A stretch of DNA of 64,000 nt from the human T2T-CHM13v2.0 reference genome, Homo sapiens (GCF_009914755.1 NC_060939.1); one strand, 5' to 3'; shown: positions 1 to 14,610, counted from the stretch's first letter. Notes: generated by a model not told the origin, from the letters alone. Program-made: numbers and translations.

Positions 1-3000
1 GTTTTAGTTGTGTAAGAACAAGAACATAAGGGGCTTTCTAGTTGTATGCTTGTGTGTATTAAGTAACCTTAGTTACATTTCAATTAAACACTGAAGCCAG
101 CACTGAGGCTCCACGGCTGTCCCCTTTAAGTGGGGTACACCTCTCCATCCCACACAGTGCTGGGCCGTCTGTTCTCTGAAGGCTGCTTTGCAGGAATTCT
201 GCCCTCCCCACGTGCTCAAGTTGTTTCCAGATACAGAGGCTGGGTTCGGCGACTGAGAAGGCCCCCAAATCCCTTCAAGCTCCTCACAAGTGAGAAGCTG
301 GGGTCACAGGGGCCCTAACCATCCTGAGATGCTCTAAGACTGCAAACCCGAACCTCTGGGGCCTGGCTGCCCGGTCTTGGCCCCATCCCAGCACGCCACA
401 TGCTGACATGTGGTCCCTTCAGGGCAAGGCCTCACTGCTACCTGGAACTAAACAGCCACGCTACCTACCTGGGGGTGTCCCCCAAGGCACCCTGAGTTGC
501 TGAAAGGAATACAGATGACAGCTAGAGGCACAGGGGTTGGGGAGCCTCGGGGCCAGGCTCCTGTGTTCCCTCTCAGGCTGGGTCCCTTTAATTTTTGGCA
601 GGTGCTCCCTGGGGCCTGGCCTCAACTGTGAAATGGGCTAATCCTCCAGCTTGCAGAGTGGACAAGGGTCAGCGGCCGCCCTGCACTTCCTGTGTGCAGC
701 AGGTCTTGGCCAACGTGCATCCTGTGGGTTGTTGGTGTAGGGCCTGCCCCACTAGGCTCAGCCTGCCCCATCAAGGGTGGGATGCTGCTCTATCCCCCAG
801 CCTGGCACAGGAACGAATGACTGCTGATGCCTGGACGGACGGACTCCGTCCTGGGCACTTGCTTAGCCAGGCCCAACCCTCAAGGCTGGCAGAAATCCTC
901 AGGCCTGTGCTCTGGGATTTCCCATCTGTAGCAACTTCTTTAAGACAGGAGAGAATGTACTGTACTGTCCCTCCTGCAGCAGTGACGGAGCCCACAGTGG
1001 ATTAATGAGCTCGGCCTTTCCCAGAGCCAGGACTGGAACCCTGCCCTGCACCCCAGTGGCTAGGCCCCAGCAACACCCTGAAGAGAAGACAAGCTGTCGG
1101 CAGCCGGATGCCTGCCTTGCATTCGGCAGCCCCCCCATGCTGGAGGCGGGTGGGAAAGAAGGGTTGGGAGTCTGCGCCTTAAAGGGCCTGGAGTACGGGG
1201 TGCCCAGTGGGAGAGAAAGAGAGAGAAGGAGAGAATGTTCACAGCAAGATCACCCTTAGTGGGTAAGCGGGGGCCTCCTGCAGCCGCTGGCTGCTATCCC
1301 CTAGGCTGTGGATCCAACCGCAACACTGGAGCAAGGGGCTGCCCTGGAGGTCGCTCAGGTTCCAGCTCAGCAATTCCCCGCCGCTTCTGGACGGCTGCTG
1401 GCCAAGCCTGTGCTCTGTGCCAGGGGCGCAGACGTGAGGATGCCCGTGGCCAGCTCCCCAGAGGCGCCTGCAGGCAGGCGGCACACTCAGGGCTCAAGTC
1501 CTGCTCCAGCCCTGACTCACCATTCATGTGATGCCAACTGTCTCACCTCTCAGAGTCCTAGTGGGCGCCCTCCAACAGCAGGACCTACGACAAACAGCTC
1601 TGGAGAATGACAGGGAACTCGATGCAGACGCTCACACCTATGAAGAGCTCCAACAGGTGGCCAGAACAGGGGAAAAAAATGCTTGTGGACAAACAGGGGC
1701 CATGATCTGGGGTGCAGAGGCCACAGTGTGCAGGGGACCTCCTGGTGGCTTCTGAAGCTAACGTCAGAGTCTTACAGGATGGATGGAAAGGGGCCTCCAG
1801 GGACAGGGGCAGTTGGGCCCAGCTGGAGGCAGGAGACTCAGCCATGCTCGTGGGGACTAGCGAGAGCTGGACTTCTCACCAGCATCCTTGGCCTGATCCC
1901 CACTGCTGCCTGGGAGAGTAGCGTCAGGGAGGGAAACGTAGGGAGCGGGGTGGTCACAGAAGCCATCTCGGGCCCAGGCACTGCCAGACGACATTCTAGG
2001 TGGCAGACGACGATGCGCTGGTTGGGGCTGCAGGCAGCCAAGCTCAGTGGGAAGTGCCATGGTCACCAGGGGCACCCACCGCGGGGGAGGTGGCAGGAGT
2101 GCTTTGTTTCCACCCTTCCTGGCCCCGGTCTGCGGCTGCCTGAGTTGGGGGCTCTCCTCTGGCTCAGCCCTGACAGCTCCGCAGTGGCCGCCTGAGCAGC
2201 GAGAGCTCTGCTTGCAGCCACTGTGGCTCCATTTCCTGGTGACCCAGGGAAGGCCAGGCATGCCCGGGCAGCGGCTTCTGGGCTGCAGGCCCTTCTATGG
2301 AGAGCCCAGCTCACTCCCTGCCTTTGAAGAGAACTCGGACACTGAGCTGTCCAGGCAGAAGCTGGACAGGAGGAGCTTTGCAGAGCATGGGAACAACCCA
2401 GGGTCATAGTGAGGGGACAGAAGCCACGGGATTGGGGTGGCCTCAGGCTGAGGAGGGGCTGCGCGGAGGGTCTCTGGATGGCCACCAGGCCCATGAGAAG
2501 GAAGCAGCTGGAACGCAAGGCAGTGGCAGAAGCTTAAGAGCAACCCGGACTCAGCGCAGCAGCCAAGGAAGCACACAGCCCAGAACGCCTTGGGGACATG
2601 GCTCTGGGATGACAGGGTCTGGAAGTAGCTTCCCCATCAGATCTGGGACTGGCTCAGTCTTGTGTGTCCGCTTCCTCATCCCTAAATGGAGCTGATGACA
2701 GCAATCCCATTACAGACTGAGGAGGACTCCAGTGGGCACAGGGCAAGTGCCTGCTGAGGAACAGCAGTCATGGGTGGACAGGCCTTTCAGAGGGAGGGGC
2801 TAAGCAGAGACATCTAGAGGCCCTTGCAGCCCACAGCACCCCAAAACCATCAGCATCAGCATCTCCCTGTCCTCCATCGCTACCCCTTTTAAGCTGCTTC
2901 TGAAACTGGCAATCACTTGATCTCTATTCTAGTGCTATGAGTAATACAATTTCCACTCCCGTTGTCCAGATGGGGAAGCTGAGCCTCAGGGGAATCAAGT

Positions 3001-3449
3001 AGCCAGTCCAGGGTGAAGCAGCCAAAAAGTCACAACCAAGACACCATGCATGCTCTCCTTCCAGGGTCCCTGGGATCAGAGCAATTCCTGGGAGAGTACA
3101 TGGTTCACCAGGTCCAGTTGACAGGGCAGGGCCAGGTGGGAGGGAGCCTCTGACCTGGAGGGTAGGCAGGGGGCAGCCTCTGGTCTGGAGGCTCAGACCA
3201 GAGATGGTCTCAGCTGCCTGAGGCCAGCAGCATGGGCCCCCTCACACTGCCCAGCCCGGCTGGCCTGGGGTGGGAGGGGCCTCCATTTCCCACAGGTGAC
3301 ATTCCCCAGGTTTCTAAATGACCTAGAGGATAGCAACAGGGAATTAATGAGGAGATGCCAGTATCCTCTTGGAATCTCACTCCTCAGGGAATCAAGAAAT
3401 TTGGCAGGTCTGATTTTTCTCCAAAGACAGCAGATTAAAAAAAAAAGAA

Positions 3450-3985
<536 letters not shown>

Positions 3986-5101
3986 GTGGTGTTCCTATTC
4001 AGGCTGGCCTCTGTGAGCCCAAACACCCTGTGTTCACCAACTTGATGCTTATGCTTGGGCCCTCCTTGCCTGCCACCATGTCCCTTTAAGGGACTCGAAG
4101 GCTTGGCTGGATCTGAGTTAGAGGCTGAGCCATCAGCTTCCATTGAGAAGCAATCCCAGCTAAGAATGACTGCCTTCACTGGGTAGAGCTTTCAGCATTT
4201 GTATCAGCAGCCGCTGGCTCACTGAGGAAATTAATGTTTAGCTCGGGCCAGCTCCTGAAAGGGTTCCTATGACCTGAAGCTGAGCCCACACGTGGGGATC
4301 ACTGCCACCACCCAGCGCTGCAGGATCGTGGGAAGCGGCTGGGCTCCCTCCGGCAGGACAGCTCACCTTCCACAGTCTCGTCCTGTGCTGGAGGCAGAGT
4401 GCACCCAGGGATCTTATGCCCCTATTGCAGGGGTGAGGGGCCCAGGACAGCATGAGCCGGGAGAATGGCCAAGGGCTAGTGGCACGCACCCTGGCCTTTC
4501 CCAGGCCCTAAACACAGAGGGTGTGTTGGGCACAAAGCCCTTCTCTGGCATCTACCCCAGTACCCTGCCAGGCTGGCCGGGATACCCTCTCTCGTGGCAG
4601 GACCTCATGCCGATCCTGCCCCTATTTGCTGCGGGAAGACCCCGCCCCCAGCTCAGCTTCTCAGGAGATTAAACCAGCACCAGATGAGACACTCCTCCCG
4701 CCCGTTCCTTCCCTTCACTGCAGGGTCTGCAGGGCCTGGCTCAAACTGCTCCCAGTGTCTCTGTCCCACCATCACCTCCCACAGAGTGCCTTCCGTGTCA
4801 CCTGTTTTCATAGCGATTCCACACAATGACAGTGTGGCAGCAACCCACAGACACTCGCTCTGCAGGAAGCCCTGCTCCAAGGCCCTCAAGGATGAACTCG
4901 CTTAAGCTAGACGCCTGCCGGCTTCGAGGAAGGACTTCTCCCCATCCCTTGCATGCTGGTGAGCACACAGCTGCCCCCAGGAGAAACAGGACTCAAACCA
5001 AGGCTGTCTGTTCCCACCATGCAGGCTTTGGTGTTTACAGTTAACAGTTTTTTGGAGGACTCCACCATTTAGACATGGATGTCATGCCTGGTTGGCGATC
5101 A

Positions 5102-5396
<295 letters not shown>

Positions 5397-5411
5397 AGGA
5401 CTGACTTTCAC

Positions 5412-5507
5412 ATTGCCCAGGCTGGTCTTGAATTGGGCTCAAGCCATCTGCCCACCTCAGCCCTCCTAAAGTGCTGGGATTATAGGCATGAGCCACCATG
5501 CCCGGGC
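5412..5507 (-). mobile_element. Alu left arm/FLAM
   Basis: Antisense left-arm motifs. Confidence 0.8.
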
Positions 5508-6124
5508 CTGGTTGGCAATCTTCATACATATCATCACTCATCAGTGCCAGGAGAGTAACACTGTCCTGACTCCATGGGGAGGGGGCCATTCTCCTGGACT
5601 CTGCCTTAGTACATGTCTCTTCCCTTGGCTTATCTTAATCTGTATCTTTCCCCTATAATAAACTGTAACTGTGAGCATAACAGCCTTCAGCGACTTCTAT
5701 AAGTCTTTCTGGCAAAATTGACCGAGGGTGGTTTGGGAGGCCCCCTTTGTTGCACCTGGTGTCAAAAGTAAGAGCAGGCTTGTGTGGAGACTGCACCCTC
5801 AGACTCTGCAGGTTGACCTATGCTCCACACAGCACTGTCAAAAGGTCCCTGGGTGATTCTGAAGTATAACCATGTTTGGGAACCACCATGTTGGTCTAAC
5901 CATGGTTACTGTCCCCATTTTGCAGACTGGTTCAATAATTTGCTCCAGGTTAACTGCAAATAGAAGGCAGAGCCAGGATTTGACTCCAGAGCACACCAGC
6001 CACCTGCTGCCCACCCAGACTTCCCTGGAAGACACGGTGACCTTCACCCAGTGGGAAGAGGTGGGACTGCATTCCCCCATGACCTTTCCGGACCCAGAGT
6101 GGCCGTGGGCTGCCAGGGACTCAC

Positions 6125-7928
6125 CTGGCTGGGCTCAGCAGGTGCTCCTCACGCGGGCAGGTGCTTCCAGGTGCTGACAAAGGCCGTGGGGATAAGTGAG
6201 TAGGGCACTGTGGTGATGCAGTTCCATGTATCTGAAGTGGGGTCATAGCAGTCCAGAGTCTTACACCTCTGGGTCCCAAAGTAGCCCCCGACCACATAGA
6301 GCTTGTTGCCGGAAGCCAGGGCATGGCAGGACATGCGCTTGGCAGTCATGTCCCCAATCCGCGTCCACTGGTTGGTCTCACAGTCAAAGCGGTAGGCCGA
6401 GGCGGCTGTGAATTCCGTGTCACCTCCCATGATGAAGATCTGGCTGCCCAGGACGGCAGCGGCTGTGTACCGCCAAGGCTGGGGGCACTCGGCCTTGATC
6501 GTCCACCTGTTCTCCGAGGGGTCATAGCACTGGACCTTGGACACCATGTCCCGGTGGATGCTGGTTCCTCCGAAAACAAAGAGCTTCAGCTTGGCACTCA
6601 CCACTGCGGCATTGCTGACGCCATCCCGCAAGGGGGCCACCATCATCCACTTGTTGGCCCCAGGGTCGTATTTCTCCACTTGTTTCAGGGAGACAGAAGG
6701 CGAGGCCGGGAAGACCCCTGCCAGGGATGTGTGTCCCCCCACCACATAGAGGCAGTTCTCCAGCTCAGCTGAGCCATGGCCAAAGCGGGCAATCAGCATG
6801 GGCGCCGCCTTGGACCATTCCTCATGTACGGTGTCGTACACCCAGACATCCTTGGAGACCCCGTTCTCGGAGCCCCTGCCCCCCGTCACATAGACCTTGC
6901 AGCCGATCGCTGAGGCGCTGAACTCCTTCCGGGGGCTGGGCAGGTCGGCCTTGGGGATGATCTCCTTGGCCTTGTGGTCCACCTGGTAGATCTTGTCACA
7001 CATGAAGGTCTGGCCCCCCAGGATGAGTAGCGTGTGGCCCGCCTTGCGTGGCCGGGCACAGGGGCTGGTGACCACGCCATCATTCTGCAGGATCCTGGTC
7101 TTGCAGCGCAGGGCCTCATCCATGATAAGCTTGGTGCGCTCGTCTGCCATGAGGAGGGCCTCGCTGGAGACGGCCTCCTGCAGGCAGTCGGACGGCAGCA
7201 AGGCCAGACGCACGCTGCGGAGGAGCTCGGGCAAGTGGACCTTCCGTGGCTCCAGGTCGTGCTTCACCCACTGGAGGATGGCCTCGAAGACCACCCGCTC
7301 GTCCTCGGTCTCCAGCTCATCACTCGAGATGAGGTCCAGCAGTGTGTCCTTGGACAGGCTGTTGAAGTCCTCGCTCTGCCTCACCGTCTCAAAGTGCACC
7401 AGGCACATGCGCCAGGAGAACTCATACAGCCGGCGGCACTGGTGGGCGTCCGAGAGCAGCATCATGCCCAGGCAGTTGGAGGGGAAAAGGTTCTTCTCCA
7501 GGAACTCGGCGGCAGCATCCCGCACATCGTGGAACTGCAGCATGTCGCCTGCCTCCAGCAGTGACTCAGCGTTCTCCTCGTTGATGGCGATGCGTGAGGA
7601 GTAGGCAAAGTCCAGCAGCAGCTCCAGCACCTCCGGGTGCAGGTTGTCCTGGAAGTTGACAGTGTCATCCCGGCTCTCCCGAAGGCCATGGCTGAACATG
7701 GCCTCAAAATAGCGGCTAGAGGCGGCCAGCACGGCACGGTGACAGGGGAAGGCACGGTCGCCCGCCCAGAGTGTGACGTCGGTGAACATGCAGTGCTTGC
7801 GAAGCGTGTTGAGGTGGGCCAGCACACAGTCCGGGTGGGAGGCCTTGTGGAAGAGGGTGACGTTCATGGACCCCGTGCTGCTCCGCGACTTGCGGGTCTC
7901 ATGGACACTGACCGACATGGTGCGCCAG
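6125..7928 (-). other. KLHL25: KLHL25 exon 2 (1804 nt): 10 nt 5'UTR, CDS, 24 nt 3'UTR
   Basis: Minus-strand acceptor cttgttcccccacaag|ctggcgcaccATG at 7929/7928. Donor cag|gtgagt at 6125/6124. Confidence 0.9.
6149..7918 (-). CDS. KLHL25: Kelch-like protein 25 (ENC2), 589 aa BTB-BACK-Kelch CUL3 substrate adaptor; entire CDS in one exon
   Basis: ORF begins MSVSVHETRKSRSSTGSMNVTLFHKASHPD. It contains a BTB motif (FTDVTLWAGDRAFPCHRAVLAASSRYFEAMF), a BACK region and kelch repeats with GG motifs. ATG at 7918 is in a gcaccATG context. 1770 nt = 589 aa plus TGA. The spliced 5'UTR has an in-frame upstream TGA. Confidence 0.98.
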   Translation of the reverse strand: MSVSVHETRKSRSSTGSMNVTLFHKASHPDCVLAHLNTLRKHCMFTDVTLWAGDRAFPCHRAVLAASSRYFEAMFSHGLRESRDDTVNFQDNLHPEVLELLLDFAYSSRIAINEENAESLLEAGDMLQFHDVRDAAAEFLEKNLFPSNCLGMMLLSDAHQCRRLYEFSWRMCLVHFETVRQSEDFNSLSKDTLLDLISSDELETEDERVVFEAILQWVKHDLEPRKVHLPELLRSVRLALLPSDCLQEAVSSEALLMADERTKLIMDEALRCKTRILQNDGVVTSPCARPRKAGHTLLILGGQTFMCDKIYQVDHKAKEIIPKADLPSPRKEFSASAIGCKVYVTGGRGSENGVSKDVWVYDTVHEEWSKAAPMLIARFGHGSAELENCLYVVGGHTSLAGVFPASPSVSLKQVEKYDPGANKWMMVAPLRDGVSNAAVVSAKLKLFVFGGTSIHRDMVSKVQCYDPSENRWTIKAECPQPWRYTAAAVLGSQIFIMGGDTEFTAASAYRFDCETNQWTRIGDMTAKRMSCHALASGNKLYVVGGYFGTQRCKTLDCYDPTSDTWNCITTVPYSLIPTAFVSTWKHLPA

Positions 7929-8603
7929 CTTGTGGGGGAACAAGCCCACAGGTTAGAGGAGCCCCTCCTGCCCATCTGCCCTCTCAGGGCTCACTCTTCA
8001 GCACAAGCCCCCTTGTCCCCTCCCACCCACTCTCTGCTCACCTCTGCTAAACCAAGCCCCTCTCCCGCAACCACGTCGCCAAGGACAACACAGGCAAGAG
8101 TGGCTGGGTCTCACCCTGCCCTGCAGAAACTGGTTTTGTTCTCAGGGTATGAGCCAGCTCTGGGACAAACATCTCTGGCCTGCAGATGAGCCACCCCCTA
8201 GGCAAGCTCCAGTTGAGGCTGCCTCCCATGGTTAAGAGAACATGCAAACGGTGTTCCTGACTGAGGCTGGTGTCCGGGCAGTGCTAAGTAACTGGTGCCT
8301 TTGACCACATTCCACTCTCATGACAGTCCTCTACAGAAGCTTCTCTTGTAAGTCCCATTTTAGAGCTAGGGAAGCCACAGCTCAGAGAGGCCAAGAAACT
8401 ACCCAAACTGCCACAGCCAGGATTCTCACATGGGCTGTCCGGCTCTGGAGCCTGATCTCTGTTCAAGGTGACTAATCCCTGCAGGGTTTGCTGTGGACGC
8501 CCAAGCAGAGCCTCACGTACCCACTTCCCTGCTCCCAGCAGGCTCTGCCCTGGGCCGGGCTCCAAGCGGTACTGGCTAGACATCCCCCTTGCCTTGGAAC
8601 AAG

Positions 8604-8686
8604 AGCCGCCATCAAGGCCCAAGTGCTCAGTGGAGACATGTTCTCTGAATCCAGGTGTCTCCACAGGGCTCTTTACCTAGCTGGGG
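8604..8686 (-). ncRNA. MIR1276: pre-miR-1276 hairpin (mature sequence 8675-8656)
   Basis: Minus strand reads CCCCAGCTAGGTAAAGAGCCCTGTGGAGACACCTGGATTCAGAGAACATGTCTCCACTGAGCACTTGGGCCTTGATGGCGGCT. This matches recalled miR-1276 (UAAAGAGCCCUGUGGAGACA). The stem GTGGAGACA/TGTCTCCAC is visible. Confidence 0.9.
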
Positions 8687-9108
8687 CAAGTGATGGCTTG
8701 GAGGTGGGGCCGCCAGTGACTCACCCTCGAGACCAACGCAGAGGCCCAAGATGACAGCAGGACATGCCGAACCCTAACGGAAGTGATCCAGATTTGCCTC
8801 AGCAAAGCAGAGAAACACGAAGCCAGAGCTTCCCAGGTCCCCCAGCTGACGCCAGGATCCTGGGCCAACGCAGCGCCTCCCCTGCCTCCCTTGCCTGCCC
8901 TTCTCCACCAGGCCTGGGGACCTGGCGCTCAGAGTGATGGAGTGATGGCCAAGAAACAGGTTCACTACTTGCTCAATCTAGGGGAATTCTAAAGCACTGT
9001 CATTAATGTCCAGTGAATGGCATGACCCGAGGCCCCAGTTCAGTACTTTGAACTCAAGGCTCAGCCAACAGGCGGCAAAACTCATATACCTAGAGAAAAC
9101 ATGGCCAA

Positions 9109-9309
9109 CACCCTTGAGGCCATCTCGAAGACCACAGCTACCTGCCCCACTGACCTGTGGAAGGAGACTGTATTCACCAAGTCTCCCGATCAGGAATTCA
9201 CTGACCACCTTGTCAAGACCCTCACCAGAGTCTCCATGCAGAGGACCTACGCTCCAGCTGTGGCTACAACAGGGTTTTTATACAAGAAAAATAAAGTGAA
9301 TTAAGCCTG

Positions 9310-9333
<24 letters not shown>
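9109..9333 (+). pseudogene. 5'-truncated processed pseudogene of ribosomal protein S2 (RPS2 3' end)
   Basis: Translates to ...[40 protein letters not shown], versus the RPS2 C-terminus [46 protein letters not shown] at 9290-9295, poly(A), and a 15-bp TSD AGAAAACATGGCCAA at 9094-9108 and 9334-9348. Confidence 0.93.
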
Positions 9334-9340
<7 letters not shown>

Positions 9341-12300
9341 ATGGCCAAAAAGCAAACTGCATTCCAGTATCTTGACCCCCTAAAAGCCTGTGCTGCTGTC
9401 TTCCTGCTGGTAATGGGGCCAAGAAAAACAAAAAACCCTAAACAACAAAGTTTTTCATTTTTAATTTTCAAAAGTATGTAACTCTCCTGCCGCCTCCCAC
9501 TCCAAGTCAATTTTCTACTTAGGTAATAATCTGGTAAAGGTAGGAAACGATTTCATGCTTCAGTGAAATTGTAAATGAGTGTCCGGCTACATGGCTCTCT
9601 CTTGCTCGCTCCTCCTCTGGAAAAGAGGCAGAGAAGCCACAAACTGACGAGATTAGAGCTAGCAAGGTCCCTGCTTTTGGGCTTAGGCAGAGAGGGCACA
9701 GGGCCAGACTGGCCTTGCTGCTTGGACCCCCAAGCTCCAGGTAGACTGTACACCGAGGACCTGCCTAAGACACTGCTGTCCAAACCTGCAGCCCACAGTC
9801 CACAGGGCTCCGAGGCTATATGAGGTTAGCCCTTCTGGGGGTTGGGGTGAGAGCACTGGACGCAGATCCAGGCTGTATCCTGGCTCCACCTCCATCCTGT
9901 ACCTCACTATTATTTTCTTGTAAAGTGAGATCCCCATCCTACTCAGGCCTCCACAACTCACTTGTTGGCAACTATTTCCTGAGCACATCCTCGAAGCTGG
10001 GCCCTCAGATGCAGTGGCACGGAGCCTGAGAGACTGCGCTGACCGGGTCTGAGGGAAGCTTTGCCAACAGCCTGGCCCGTGACTGATCGGAATTGCCTAA
10101 TCTGAATTCCAGACCCTGCGACATTTCCCCAAATCTTGCTGTGATTGCTAAACTCTCACTCCAGTTTCCTCACTCCAGACCACCCCCTTGGTGATCAGAC
10201 AATTTCCCAAATGTGGCTCTGTCCCCTCCTGCCCCACCCCACAGTGTCAGGACATTTTAAGAGGCATTTGTTGCCTCTGGTCTGCAGACCGTGCTGGGGG
10301 AAACGTGGAGAGCCAAGGACCAGGAAGAATTCTAGTTCGAGCCCTGGGACTCCTAAGCCCATGCCCTCTCCACTGAGGTCACGTTCAAGGGCCCTGATGC
10401 TGAGGTTTGGCTTCAGTTCCATTGTCAACACACTTGTGCTTCCAAGGACCTCCCTGCTCTAGGTCCCTAGGCACCTCATCGCACCTGCCCCCTGCCCCAC
10501 CCTGGCCCTGCCAGAGGGGAGGCTGGTTCTGAGCTTGGGCTGAACGGCAGCTTGAATGCCTGGGCTTGGACACTCCAAGTGTGGGGTGAGCCCCTCTGGG
10601 ATTCTTCTTACAGACAGCCCCAGCTGGAATCCCAGCTCCTCACCTTAGTAACTACGGCCCTGGAACCAACACACCTAGAACTAACTCCACTCTGGGGCAC
10701 TGTGTTAACTGGGCTGCCTGCGAGAGTACCCAGGCAGAGACTCCCTTTGGAGGGGGTTATGGGCAGGACAAAGCAAGACTCAAAAGACCGAGAAAGCCAA
10801 AAAGCAGGGCAAATTGAAACAGGGCAGCCACAATGGTCCAGAGAAGGAGGCAGAGCAGTGACCTCTCCAAGCCAACAGTGAGCGGCAACCCAGGGTCCCA
10901 GAGCTGACAGATACCCTGCCAAAGTCGGCACCAAGAATGCCTGCCTGCTGACGCAGATGCTGGCAACTCATGTACACGCCCAGGCAGGTTCCCACCCCCT
11001 AGACAGCCGCCAGCCTGGGGCACCTCTGTGCCAAGGGCGGAAGCACCTGCCTAGTTGTTTCCCCGGTTTGTCCCATCTCCTTCTGGGCAGCGCCTGCCCC
11101 TGAGCCAATCTTCCACTGATGGCAGCCACTCACTCACCGACTCAGCCTGATCCCAAGTGAGGCACTGGAGCCCCACTTTACAGGCAAGGATGCTGAGGCC
11201 CACACAGCTTCTGGGCATGTTATTTGTGTACTGTCTCCCAAACTGCACAGGAGGCCCAGAAAGGCAGGGACCATGTGTGGGGCTCACTGATGTGACCTCA
11301 ACACCCAGGACAGATCCCGGCACAGAGGTCACTTGACTTGATGGCATGGACCTGTCCATCTCTTCCTATGCCCATGATGAAGCCCTGAGACACAGCACAC
11401 GAAACTCATTCATATCAACTCCACCATGACTGCCAGCCCAGCCACTGTCAAGACCCAGAGGAGAGGAAGGCCGAGGCAGTGGTGAATGCTGCCCAGGCGG
11501 CTGCGACACCTGACATGTGGTAAACGCGTGTCATTTTACTCACACCAGCACAATGCCGCCTCCTCCTCGCACTCACACCCTGACTGTTCTCTGGGAACCA
11601 CCTGCCTCCAGGCAGCTCAGCGGGTGGCATCCCGGGGTGGGCACTGGGCCCCAGGTGCTGCACATCACTGGGCCCTGGGGATCAGGTGGGGAGTGGACAC
11701 GTGCCAGGCCTGGCTGATGAGCTAGTGTCATCCTCCGAACTGCTGTGATGGGGCCTACACCCAGGACAGACCAGTGGGACTCTATACTAAGATGTTCACT
11801 GGAACTTTGAGGAACGAAGCAGGCCCTTTCCCTAGGACTGCTGACCGGACTGGACCAGGGCTGGGAGTGGGAAGGGGTGACAGCCGTGTTGCCACCTACC
11901 CAAGATGGAAGCCTGCGCAGAGGGCCAAGTGGAGCCCTGTGGTCCTCTGGTCCGCCCCCTTTTGCTGAGGCCTGTCACTTAAGGACTCACAGGGTCATCA
12001 GTGCCCTGAATTGGTGACCAGGGGCTGCTTGTCTCGGTAAGGGGTCTTAGCTATGTGTCCCTCCACCCCTTCCATCTAGCAACCAGAAGAATGGTTGTGT
12101 GTGATTATTTTCAGTTGCTCAAGATATATGTGTTCAGTACCAGTGACATACCCAGCCTCATAGCAGGGCCTGGGGATGCAAAAGCAGCCCAAGCCAGAGG
12201 CTCCCAGCGGCGGGGGGTGGGGAGCATGTGAGAGGGCCCAAAAGCAGGCCCCGGGAAGCCTCCCTGTGCCCATGGCTCACGTCTTTGGAGCCATAATCAA

Positions 12301-12782
12301 TCAGACACTCTCGCTCTGCACATATCACAGAATTGTTCTCATGACCTAAGCGTCGTCCTGAGCTTTGATGGATTTAAGGCACATAGCGTAACTGCACAAT
12401 GTTGCAATGCCACAGATCAGCAACTCTTCATCCTGCTACGAGGGGTGGATCCACCTTGGACATCGCTGCTCCCCAGGCAATCCTCACCTACAGACTCAGC
12501 TAAAATGTACCGGGTAACAATGTGCCCAGCATCCTTCTCCAGCACATCTTTGGAAAGTTAAATGCACAAAGAAACAAACTAGCCAAGGGGTGAGACTTTC
12601 TGAAGAAAACTTGCCACACTCACAGAAGATTCCAGTGACCGAAAGCGAAAGGCCTATCCTGAGAGAAATAGGAACCCGGATGCCATCAAAGCTGCTTTTT
12701 CCGTGCCAGTCTCAGGAAGGCCTGACTTAGTATGGCTACAGCACTAACCCCTTCCCACCCGCCTCCACTAACCAAGAGTTAG

Positions 12783-13298
<516 letters not shown>

Positions 13299-14000
13299 TA
13301 GGTTTGCCAGTGTACCTGCAGTGTACCAGTCTCTGGGTTAGCAGGAAAGCACCTTTGGAAACTCGGAAAAGCCAAACCTGGCTTTTGGGCTTTTTGACAG
13401 ATGTGGCTCTGGACCCAAGCACAAGACTTAGAGAGGAAAATGCAGCTGAAATTCAGGCTGCATGAGGTTGGGTGCCCTTATGCAGTGAACAACCTGCACA
13501 GTGATTCACGGCCACCCTGCAGGAGCTGACGCTGACAGAAACCCAAGACACGGCCCTTCCTGGCACCAAGTATGCACTGGGTGCATCGGAGTCAGGATTC
13601 CACCAACAATGACTTCATGAAAACACACAGCCGCAAGGACCTCAGCATGTCCCTTTGCCAGGAGTTCCATCATTCCCGTTTTATTGATAAGGAAACAGAC
13701 TCAACGCCACATTCTTGGAACTTGGGCCTGACTGCAGACTTTGAGCTGCTAATTCCTCAGGAAGGCGGAGGTGTTCAGCAAGCAGTGGCAGGAAAGGAGA
13801 TGGAAAGATGAACTCCTTGCTCTCCTGTCCCCTCCTGAGGGCTGGCAGCACAAGCCAGGTAGGATGCACCAGCCACCCGGCCTGAGGTCCCCTGCCTGGG
13901 TTGCAGAGGCTGTGGGGGCAGCAACCATGTGTGAGGGCGCCCAGCCAGGCTGCTGCCTTTCAATGGCTCGTTTAAAAAAAAAAAAAAAAAAAAAAAAAGC

Positions 14001-14610
<610 letters not shown>

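Noticed and set aside
595-2700. Chain of overlapping 75-170 aa ORFs in a GC-rich, repeat-poor part of intron 2
   Set aside because: No recognisable domain, consistent frame or splice structure, and ORF lengths are typical for this GC content. A conservation check could revisit this.
7919-7975. 19-aa N-terminal extension (MGRRGS..., myristoylation-like) in the ORF track's 608-aa KLHL25 call
   Set aside because: The upstream ATG at 7975 is intronic, beyond the acceptor at 7929. The AG before it lacks a polypyrimidine tract, and the spliced UTR has an in-frame stop.
6323-8189. Antisense ORFs up to 203 aa over the KLHL25 exon
   Set aside because: Expected shadows of a GC-rich coding sequence, with no recognisable protein features.
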